Positions 49,335-57,385 of a stretch of 64,000 nucleotides of DNA are shown in pieces. Made by a program: the position numbers and the translations under genes. The DNA is from Candidatus Bathyarchaeota archaeon (GTDB taxonomy: Archaea > Thermoproteota > Bathyarchaeia > Bathyarchaeales > Bathycorpusculaceae), in the NCBI GenBank assembly GCA_963775685.1, contig CAVZJV010000014.1, forward strand, positions 1,824,001 through 1,888,000, in the 5' to 3' direction. Under the pieces are notes generated by a model. The model was not told the DNA's origin and searched no databases. It saw nothing but the letters and a program-made list of their open reading frames with translations. Position 1 is the first letter of the stretch, and each line of letters starts with the position of its first letter.

Positions 49335-49814
49335 ATGAAACTAAAAGACAGCGTACAAGCATGGTTAAACGGGGCTTTAAATGACCCAATTGTACAAATA
49401 CTGGCTAAAAACAGCCAATTAACTAAAACTCAGCTTGAAACATTCCTTATAGACGTTTTAGCCGAAAATATAGCGGGAAAACAGCTAAATTACGACAATA
49501 AAGCAGCTTTAAGGTTAACAAAGGCCAAAATAAGCCGCGGAAGTTTTAATAGGACTTTAAAACAGTCCAAAGAAAATGTCATAAAATCCATCTACACAGT
49601 ACTCCTTTTGGGATATTTAGGAGTATTTGAGAGCACAACTCTCGACCCCTATCTCGAAATAGCTAATAAACTGCACGATTATGTGGAGGCACACCAAGAT
49701 GTACCTAGCAAGGAAGAAGAACTAAAAGACCATCTAAAAGTTATAGAAATTATTCGAGAGGAGCTCGAAACAAGCTTAAAACGTCTTTCCAGCCCATCTG
49801 ACGGAACTCTGTGA
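49335..49814 (+). CDS. Uncharacterised protein with Tfx/sigma-r4-like HTH pattern
   Basis: LTKTQLE..ISRGSFNRTLKQSKENVIKS pattern; GGAGA upstream. Confidence 0.75.
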   Translation: MKLKDSVQAWLNGALNDPIVQILAKNSQLTKTQLETFLIDVLAENIAGKQLNYDNKAALRLTKAKISRGSFNRTLKQSKENVIKSIYTVLLLGYLGVFESTTLDPYLEIANKLHDYVEAHQDVPSKEEELKDHLKVIEIIREELETSLKRLSSPSDGTL

Positions 49815-50159
49815 CGTCACAAATCACAGATCAATCATCTTTCTTATTTAATTTAAATACCCTTTTAAAAACCCAACAATATACCTAAAATTATGGTTAA
49901 ATCAGCTAAATAGCTTCAAATTGGATTGATTTTAGTAGCAGCAATATAACCTAAAACCCAACAGAACGCATTTGTGATGCGTGATATCATATCGAATGAA
50001 TGTTAATATCACCGCAAACCTTAAAAAGTCCATGGAACAACTGTGATGTGTGATGCAACCAATCAAATCACGGGTAAATCACCGTTAAATCACAATCAAG
50101 GGGTGGCAAATCACGGTTGACATTGGAGCAATACTCGCAAGCATTTTACTTGTTGTGAC
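49810..50159. repeat. Cluster 2 of RTCAC/GTGAY motifs, with phased AAATCAC direct repeats
   Basis: TGTGACGTCACA 49810-49821; AATCACA 49822; TGTGAT 49973, 50042, 50049; GTGATATCAT 49981; AAATCAC at 50065, 50076, 50087, 50108. Confidence 0.8.
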
Positions 50160-50895
50160 AGCGGTAGCTTCTTTTGAGTATTATAATCAGATCCGAAAGG
50201 CGCATAAAGAGTACATTAAGGCGCGAGATTTTATTGAGGATATTGTACTAAGTTTCAATCGTGAACTTAAGCGCAATGCGGATAAGTTTGAATCTATTGC
50301 TTTTAAGGTTGAAGGAACCACGTCGAAGGCAGACGCAAGTCTAAAAATAATCAGTAATGTCGAGAAGCGTATAACACCCTTCGAAGAACAACTTGCGACA
50401 ATTAGTCAATCATATCAAACAATGTCTCAGATAGTCTCTCAAAACCTGACGGAGAACTCTCAAAATAGTACCAACATATTGTCTGGATTAACAGGTTTGG
50501 AAACAAAACTTAGAGACATTGAAGCAACCCAGGAAACTTTGCGAAACAAAATTACCGATTTTGAAGATCAAGTACAAAAGATAACGATTGTCCAACCTCA
50601 GGAAATTAAAACTCAAATGGCCCTACCACCTATTCCAATTAAACGCGACAAAGCATTGGCTGCACTAACAGACACAGAAATAGCAGTATTGGAAATGTTA
50701 TTAAAGGACGGTGCAAAGACGGCGCCTGAAATCAAAGAGATAGTCCATCTAAGCAGAGAGCACACAGCTAGGCTGATGAAAAAGCTATATGAAGAAGGAT
50801 ATCTTGAGCGAGAAGCAGGCAAAATTCCTTTTCAGTACAGTTTAAAGAAGGAAATGAAAACCTTACTTCAGAAAGCAGAAAACCCCTCTGCGTGA
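50110..50895 (+). CDS. Membrane-anchored coiled-coil protein with C-terminal winged-helix domain (start uncertain; first canonical start GTG 50155)
   Basis: Frame is open back to TAA 50086 and encodes IGAILASILLVVTAVASF (TM-like); long heptad-like middle; LTDTEIAVLEML..TAPEIKE..LSREHTARLMKKLYEEGYLER wHTH. Confidence 0.8.
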   Translation: MTVDIGAILASILLVVTAVASFEYYNQIRKAHKEYIKARDFIEDIVLSFNRELKRNADKFESIAFKVEGTTSKADASLKIISNVEKRITPFEEQLATISQSYQTMSQIVSQNLTENSQNSTNILSGLTGLETKLRDIEATQETLRNKITDFEDQVQKITIVQPQEIKTQMALPPIPIKRDKALAALTDTEIAVLEMLLKDGAKTAPEIKEIVHLSREHTARLMKKLYEEGYLEREAGKIPFQYSLKKEMKTLLQKAENPSA

Positions 50896-50943
50896 GAATA
50901 AATTAAATAGTTTTAGAGTAGCCGGTTATTGTGTTATTATTTT

Positions 50944-51375
50944 TTATTTTATGCGTTGCTTTATTGTGGCTTGGGAAATGTTTGGCGCTGACTTATATTT
51001 CAAGTTATTTTGCCCACCGGTTCGAAAAAGCATACCTTTGGCTGCCATTCTAGAAAGATAAGTGGAGACTGTGCTGAGGCAAACTGGTTCCTTGAGTTCT
51101 TGTTCATAAATAGACTGGATATCCTTGGAGGAAAACCAGATTAAGGGAAAATTCTTCTGGATAATTAATTGGACTTTCTCGAAACGTGATAGAGCCTTAT
51201 TAGGCATAACTGTGCTTGTATTCATAATCGGGCTCTCTCCAGGTGCACCTCCAAGCAATTCCACTAGATCCAAGAGGCGAAGAGCTTTATCCCGGGTCAC
51301 TTGACCCTCAAATGCAATGGTATATCGATTACCATCACTATCGAACAGCTCAACGCGCATTTTACGAGCCGGCAT
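50944..51375 (-). CDS. Origin-adjacent conserved hypothetical protein with C-terminal wHTH
   Basis: FSSKDIQSIYEQE..LSTVSTYLSRMAAKGMLFR; transcribed divergently from cdc6 across the origin. Confidence 0.8.
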   Translation of the reverse strand: MPARKMRVELFDSDGNRYTIAFEGQVTRDKALRLLDLVELLGGAPGESPIMNTSTVMPNKALSRFEKVQLIIQKNFPLIWFSSKDIQSIYEQELKEPVCLSTVSTYLSRMAAKGMLFRTGGQNNLKYKSAPNISQATIKQRIK

Positions 51376-51568
51376 CGGGAGTACACCTTAAGGTTGCTCA
51401 CATTTACACTTCACACCTTAAAGCTGTTATGGTGAAATGAAGTAACTGAAAAAGGCAATGTAATGCTCATATTTTATAAATCAGACTTTTTTGAAGTGTT
51501 TTCGCTATTACCAGCTTCACAGATAAATGAATAACCAGAAAACTTTGTGTTAAGCCTTGGTTCATGTT

Positions 51569-51589
51569 TTCCAGTAGAAGTGAAGGGGT
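51569..51589 (+). promoter_or_regulatory. Origin recognition box ORB1
   Basis: TTCCAGTAGAAGTGAAGGGGT matches the archaeal ORB consensus with G-string. Confidence 0.85.
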
Positions 51590-51828
51590 GGCTTATTCAC
51601 TTGTGAAAGACAGAAAAATGGTAATTTATAGGAAAATGAGCTCATTAATGCGGCAGAAATATTGATATTTCATATGAATTCACAATTTTGTGAACTTAAA
51701 AAGGCCGGGAATTTGAAAATAAACACTTTTGGTTTGCTTGGAGTAAATTGTTGATAGTTTATGGTTAAGTGAAGCAACTTGTCACTTCTAATTCAACGTT
51801 ATGACATGGAAAAGCTTTGTTGAGGGAC

Positions 51829-51849
51829 ACCCCTATGTTTCCTCTCGAA
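51829..51849 (-). promoter_or_regulatory. Origin recognition box ORB2 (inverted)
   Basis: Reverse complement is TTCGAGAGGAAACATAGGGGT. Confidence 0.85.
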
Positions 51850-51919
51850 GTTTTTGGGACAAAAGAAGTTAGGAAAGCTCGAAAAAATATTTACAGACAG
51901 ATTGTCTAAAATGTTTGAT

Positions 51920-52011
51920 GATAATCATTAATATATAAAAATGCGTTTTATCACTCAGAGTATATTATTATATATATTATAATTAGTAGTTTCCTTATAA
52001 TAAACTATATT
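51920..52011. other. AT-rich duplex unwinding element of oriC
   Basis: Very AT-rich run (tatattattatatatattataatt) between inverted ORBs. Confidence 0.75.
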
Positions 52012-52032
52012 CTCCAGTAGAAACTTTGGTGT
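52012..52032 (+). promoter_or_regulatory. Origin recognition box ORB3
   Basis: CTCCAGTAGAAACTTTGGTGT. Confidence 0.75.
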
Positions 52033-52132
52033 GTGTCTTCTCTTGGTTTGTTTGACCACTATCGCCTATTTTCTTTGTTTTTTAGGATTGTTGTGGTCTA
52101 AAACTAGTTTTTTGTACTGTATCCTTTATCTG

Positions 52133-52153
52133 TTCCACAAGAAATAACGGTTG
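52133..52153 (+). promoter_or_regulatory. Degenerate/mini-ORB near the cdc6 start
   Basis: TTCCACAAGAAATAACGGTTG, 28 nt upstream of the cdc6 ATG. Confidence 0.55.
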
Positions 52154-52180
52154 TACCTGTCAAGATTGATGTGATGACGA

Positions 52181-53428
52181 ATGGGGAATCCGAGTGTACT
52201 AGATGATGTATTTGACAACTTCGTTAATGGTGCTCGATTGTTTAAAGACCGAGAAGTTTTAAGGCATGATTATCTTCCTGAGAAGTTGCCACATCGTGAA
52301 GACCAAATACGATTATTAGGTTCAACTGTTGCTCCAGTTTTGAGAGATTCAAGGTGCTCTAACATTTTTATTTATGGCAAAACTGGAACCGGAAAGACTG
52401 CAGTAACAAAGTATGTTTTAAGCCATTTGGAGTCCAAAGCAAAAGAGTATGGTGCACAAGTAAAATTTTGCTACATCAACTGCCGCATGACTGGTTCAGA
52501 GTACAGAGTGTTTGCAAGCCTAAGCCAAAGTGTTGGGTTATCCGTCCCTTTTACTGGGTTGTCAGTGGGTGAGGTTTTTGACAGGTTTAGAACGGGGTTA
52601 GATTCCTCAAGGATAATTTTCATAATTGTCTTAGATGAGGTTGATGCCTTGATTAAAGAGCGTGGCGACGCGTTCATGTATGAACTAACAAGAATAAACG
52701 AAACCTTAAGCAAAAGCAAGGTTGCTATAATCGGAATATCCAACGATCTGCGTCTAAAAGAATTCCTAGATCCGCGAGTCTTCAGTTCACTTAGCGAAGA
52801 AGAGCTGGTCTTTAGACCATACGATGCAGGAGAACTCCGAAATATACTTTTAGAAAGGTCAAAATTGTCCTTCCAAGAAGGTGTTTTATCCGATTCAGCC
52901 CTTAGCATTTGCTCGGCTTTGGCTGCAGCTGAACATGGGGATGCTAGGCGTGCTCTAGATTTGTTACGTGTTGCTGGAGAAGTGGCTGAGCGTGCAGGTG
53001 CAAAAATGATTACAGAAGAGCACGTGCGTCAGGCAGAGAAACACATTGAGCATAATCGTGTAGTTGAAGCCCTCAACAACTTAACGTTGCATTCAAAGTT
53101 GGTGCTGCTGAGTGTTTATCATCTAAACAAGTCAAGCCCTACTACCGGAGAAATTTACGATGTATACAATGAATTGTGCGGCGAAATGGGTGCTGGGCTT
53201 TTAACTCAAAGACGTTTAGGCACTTTGGTTAATGAGTTGGATTCAATGGGACTTGTGAACGCAAAAGTTGTAAGCATGGGACGTTATGGTAGAACCAAGA
53301 AAATAAGGCTCGATATTTCCCGAAGTTTGATCAGGGATGTCTTTGGTAGCGACAACCGCTTTAGCCGCTTGATTGAGTACTCACCTCAAGTTTCCCGTAA
53401 AAACTTAAAAAGCCATCCTAATCCGTGA
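52181..53428 (+). CDS. cdc6: Orc1/Cdc6 replication initiator
   Basis: LPHREDQI, YGKTGTGKT, VLDEVD, HGDARRALDLLR, GRYGRT wing. Confidence 0.97.
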   Translation: MGNPSVLDDVFDNFVNGARLFKDREVLRHDYLPEKLPHREDQIRLLGSTVAPVLRDSRCSNIFIYGKTGTGKTAVTKYVLSHLESKAKEYGAQVKFCYINCRMTGSEYRVFASLSQSVGLSVPFTGLSVGEVFDRFRTGLDSSRIIFIIVLDEVDALIKERGDAFMYELTRINETLSKSKVAIIGISNDLRLKEFLDPRVFSSLSEEELVFRPYDAGELRNILLERSKLSFQEGVLSDSALSICSALAAAEHGDARRALDLLRVAGEVAERAGAKMITEEHVRQAEKHIEHNRVVEALNNLTLHSKLVLLSVYHLNKSSPTTGEIYDVYNELCGEMGAGLLTQRRLGTLVNELDSMGLVNAKVVSMGRYGRTKKIRLDISRSLIRDVFGSDNRFSRLIEYSPQVSRKNLKSHPNP

Positions 53429-54986
53429 AGGACAATACGGTAGTGTGCAATGTTTGCAGGTTAACCACTGGCACTTTACCGGGTGTCGGAACCAACCCTA
53501 ATTTTTCCATGTAATCGGTCTGGTCTTGCCAACCGCCCGAATTAACAACTAACACTCCGCGGTAATTGCAGTATCCTATTACGTGTATGTGACCTGCATG
53601 GAAAATATCTGGAACTCTGTCTACAACAAGGTAGTCTCTGTTTTCTGGGGACAGCATGGTTTTTCCGCCATAAACAGGTGCTAAATGGCGGCCTTGCATA
53701 AGCAAGCGCATTGCTTTTTCAGGGTGATCATGGTCCATTCCAGGTATGACCGCGATTATATCGTCTAAACTGCGACCATGATACATAAGGATCTCTACGC
53801 CATGAAGGCTTAGCAGGCATGGGCTTCCGACGGAGTGAATGTTCTTTTTCCCTTTGATGCCTGTCAAGTAACCTTCTGGGATAGCTGGCTGGGGTAGTGA
53901 TTTGCGTGCGGCATCGTGGTTGCCTGGCGAGAGAAAGATTTCAATGTAATTTGGGATTTTTTCAAGGTATTTGGCTGCGAAGTCATATTGTTTGTGTACG
54001 TCACGTATGGTTAGTTCGTTTTGCTGGCCAGGGTAGATTCCCACCCCGTCAACGATGTCTCCGGCGACTAAGAGATACTTTACTCGACTAGCAATTTCCT
54101 TCATCTCGGGCGTTCCGTATTTGCCTTTAAGCCATAGTATGAAACGTTTGAATGATTCTTTGGTAAATTTTGTGCTGCCGATATGTATGTCGGATGTAAG
54201 GACTGCGTAAATTGGTTCTTGAGCTCTCTGCTGCTGTTTTCTTCCTATTTCAGGAAAGATAATGTCTTCTGCCATGAAAAGATTAGTTCGCGTCTTGATT
54301 ACAGCTAGACAGACTACTTGGTCGGGCAGAAGCATGAGGGTTTTCTTCTTGACTTCCTCGGGGACGTTTTGAGATACAAGTACCGTTGCGTTTCCTTGTA
54401 AGTCTTCAACTGAAAGTATAGTGTGGTTTTTTGAATCTCGCTTCTCAGTAATCATGCAAATAATTTTTAGTTTAGTTTTCGCAGGCGATTTTAGAGCTTC
54501 CAGAATTGGGGTTGCAGCTTTAACATCCATTCTCTGCCTAAGAAGATGTTCGATACGTTTGAAGCGGTCTTGAAAGTAAAGCACATATTCATTTAGTGTT
54601 CCGTTTGAGCTTAGTTTACCTGTAGCGTCTTCTATGATTTTGATATCTGACGGTATGTCTTTTGCGTATGGATAAAATTCGGTTTCATCACTGCTCAGCT
54701 CTTGTGTTATCCCAGGTTCTGGGGTTGTTTGTGGCTCCAATATTGGTATTTCGGGTATCGTTCTTTCAGGTACCGACTGCAATAATTTTTCCAAAAAACC
54801 TTTTTCGATGAACATCGGCTTGTCTTCAAGTTCTCCAATTCGTTTAAATGCTAACTGCATAATTGTGCCCGGATCATTTGCTTCACAGTTTTGGCACAGG
54901 TACTCAAAGGCTTCGCTGTTTAGCTGGTAGCCTGCAGCTATTGTCGCCTGAATTGCTCTTTGAAGTTTATCTCTTGAGCTCATCAA
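53418..54986 (-). CDS. polB: DNA polymerase D small (exonuclease) subunit DP1
   Basis: OB fold, SDIHIGS, AGDIVDGVGIYPGQ, PGNHD, HAGHIH. Confidence 0.95.
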   Translation of the reverse strand: MMSSRDKLQRAIQATIAAGYQLNSEAFEYLCQNCEANDPGTIMQLAFKRIGELEDKPMFIEKGFLEKLLQSVPERTIPEIPILEPQTTPEPGITQELSSDETEFYPYAKDIPSDIKIIEDATGKLSSNGTLNEYVLYFQDRFKRIEHLLRQRMDVKAATPILEALKSPAKTKLKIICMITEKRDSKNHTILSVEDLQGNATVLVSQNVPEEVKKKTLMLLPDQVVCLAVIKTRTNLFMAEDIIFPEIGRKQQQRAQEPIYAVLTSDIHIGSTKFTKESFKRFILWLKGKYGTPEMKEIASRVKYLLVAGDIVDGVGIYPGQQNELTIRDVHKQYDFAAKYLEKIPNYIEIFLSPGNHDAARKSLPQPAIPEGYLTGIKGKKNIHSVGSPCLLSLHGVEILMYHGRSLDDIIAVIPGMDHDHPEKAMRLLMQGRHLAPVYGGKTMLSPENRDYLVVDRVPDIFHAGHIHVIGYCNYRGVLVVNSGGWQDQTDYMEKLGLVPTPGKVPVVNLQTLHTTVLSFTD

Positions 54987-55220
54987 ATTCTTGCCCTGAC
55001 CCTTGAATATTAATTGTTTAATGTGTTAGCCTTTTATGCTCTTGAGTTATATACTGTTTCTTATTACCCTCTTTTCTTTTTGTCGGAACACTTGAAGGGC
55101 GGATTTTTTGTTATAACGCTAGTGATTGTATTTTTAAAAGTAAAGTTATGGGAAATCAATTTAATTTAAATAAGCAAACAATAGTTTAGATAGGTCGTAT
55201 CTTCATAGGTGAACTTGCAT

Positions 55221-56195
55221 ATGAGTGAATCGCGTAAAGTTCAGCAAACACCAACTGGAACCTTTTTTATTTGCGTACCCAGAGACTGGGCAAAAGATAA
55301 CGGCTTGAAGAAGGGCGCTTTAGTAAATTTAGAGATAACAGGTGATGGTAAACTTCTTGTTGACCCAAAGAACGTAGCTGAACCTGAGCCCAAAGTTGCA
55401 ACATTAGCTATTGGTCCTTTTTTGGGGCGTGAAATCGTGGGCAGATATCTTCTGGGTTATGACACTATTAACATTGAAGCAAAAGATCGTATTGATGCCA
55501 ACGCAAGGAAAATAATTAAATCGACTGCTAGTTCTTTAGCAGGTTTAGAGATTGTAGAGGAAACCATCTGCAAAATTTCTTTGCAAAGTATTTCGCAACA
55601 GCCGTTTGGGTTTTTGCCTGAGAAAATTTTACAGCGCAATCATGGTCTTGTTGCAGGAATGATTCGAGATGTCTCTAATTCTTTCATTAATAGCGATATC
55701 GAGTTAGCTAAGAGCGTGGTTTCTCGCGATAACGAAAGCAACCGCCTTTATTTTTTGTTGGTTAGAACTCTGCGGACAATTATTCAGAATCCACGGTTGA
55801 GCGATAAGCTTGGGATTACACCCATTGAGTGCTTAGACTATCGTTTGGCTGCAAGCTTAATTGAAGGCATCGGTGACGCATGCGTTCAGTTTGCGTCAAC
55901 CGCAATTGAGCTTAACGGAATCAAATTGTCTACTGACCTTCGAAAGCTGCTGTTCGAACTTCAATCTGCATGCTCAGATGCTAACGACCAAGCCATCAAA
56001 GCTTTCCTAAACAAGGACATTTCGTTGGCGGAAAATGTTCGGAATTTAGGTGGGAAAATTGAGCCAATTTATTCTAATATAGAACGTATGGCGAAGGATT
56101 TGTCAGTGGATTTGATGCCTCAGATTTTGGCAGCGGTGGCTTTTCTTAGGCAAATTTACGAGCGCAGTGTAGATATGGCTGATTTGGTTGTATAG
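55221..56195 (+). CDS. AbrB-PhoU family phosphate uptake regulator
   Basis: RKVQQTPTGTFFICVPRDWA AbrB domain plus PhoU repeats (EGIGD). Confidence 0.85.
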   Translation: MSESRKVQQTPTGTFFICVPRDWAKDNGLKKGALVNLEITGDGKLLVDPKNVAEPEPKVATLAIGPFLGREIVGRYLLGYDTINIEAKDRIDANARKIIKSTASSLAGLEIVEETICKISLQSISQQPFGFLPEKILQRNHGLVAGMIRDVSNSFINSDIELAKSVVSRDNESNRLYFLLVRTLRTIIQNPRLSDKLGITPIECLDYRLAASLIEGIGDACVQFASTAIELNGIKLSTDLRKLLFELQSACSDANDQAIKAFLNKDISLAENVRNLGGKIEPIYSNIERMAKDLSVDLMPQILAAVAFLRQIYERSVDMADLVV

Positions 56196-56525
56196 TTACT
56201 GCTCTGAGTCCCTGGTGCTCGTTAGATTGTTGCCTTCATGTTTAAAGGCTGAACATTGCATAGTTTATTTCAGATGAAATAACTAACGTTCGTTGCCAAA
56301 GAAACAATTAATTGATACTATCCATCTGGGCCAAGAGTTAAGGTTCCAAAAGTTTGTTGTGGCCTAAATTTGCTTTGAGTACTGAGGCGATAACTTGATC
56401 TAAAAGAGACGACTTCCCCCCTTATGTTTTTATACTCAAGCAAACCTTGAACTACTGCAAGAACCTGATTTTGGATAGTAAAGGGTTAAATTTGCAGTTT
56501 AGTATTCCATTCAGGGATAAATCTC

Positions 56526-57149
56526 ATGTCAACTATCACTGACAAAATAGCAAATGCCCTTTATCTGTCTGGTTGCTTAAAATTTGGACGCTTCAAAATC
56601 AAATCTGGAGCAACAAGCCCCTACTACATAGACCTTGCCCGTATACTCGCTGTGCCCCAACAACTCTGTATTATCGCTGAACTTGCCTCACAGAAAATCA
56701 AGAAGCTATCCACAGTTGATAGAATCGACAAGTTAGCCTCTATCGAGCTTAAAGGCGCGTTGATTGCGCCAAGTATCGCATGCAAACTAAATCTGCCCTG
56801 CGTGATTGTTCGAAAAGAAGAAAAAGGCTATGGTGTCACCGGCAGAATTGCCGGTGCAGAAGTTACTAAAGGTGACAATATTCTCTTCTTTGACGACGTC
56901 ATAAGTGAAGGCTTGTCCAAAGTTGAGGGAATAAAGTCTCTTCAAGATCAAGGTGCCAACGTCAAACACCTGTTGGTTGTGGTAAACCGGGAGCACGGAG
57001 GCAAAGAAAAACTAGAAAAACTCGGCTTCAAAGTACATGCCTTAGCCAAAATCACGGACACCGTGGTTTCGCTTTACCGAGAAAAACACATTTCTAAAGA
57101 ACAAGCTGACAATGTCTTAAATTATGTTAAAAATCTACATCTTGAATAG
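56526..57149 (+). CDS. pyrE: Orotate phosphoribosyltransferase
   Basis: KFGRFKIKSGATSPYYIDL, RKEEKGYG, FDDVISEGLS. Confidence 0.88.
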   Translation: MSTITDKIANALYLSGCLKFGRFKIKSGATSPYYIDLARILAVPQQLCIIAELASQKIKKLSTVDRIDKLASIELKGALIAPSIACKLNLPCVIVRKEEKGYGVTGRIAGAEVTKGDNILFFDDVISEGLSKVEGIKSLQDQGANVKHLLVVVNREHGGKEKLEKLGFKVHALAKITDTVVSLYREKHISKEQADNVLNYVKNLHLE

Positions 57150-57385
57150 TATACTGTTCTGCGATTTTTTCAGGAACGCCTGCTAGATTGCCAATTTTTC
57201 CAAGTTCCCCCTCTAATTTCTCTAACTTGTCGACCTCCACTCTTGGTCCCACTTTCATTTCGATAGGTCGCATATGAAATTAAACAAAAACAAGAAATAA
57301 CCTAAATAAAGCAACCATGTGAAAAGGTACCCCTATATTTATTGGATACTATTTCACAACAATATAGGAATGGAGAAATCAGCCA

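Noticed and set aside
48839-50159. RTCAC clusters as a CRISPR array or CRP sites
   Set aside because: Units are only 5-7 bp with irregular spacing and both orientations; I found no clear TGTGA-N6-TCACA geometry.
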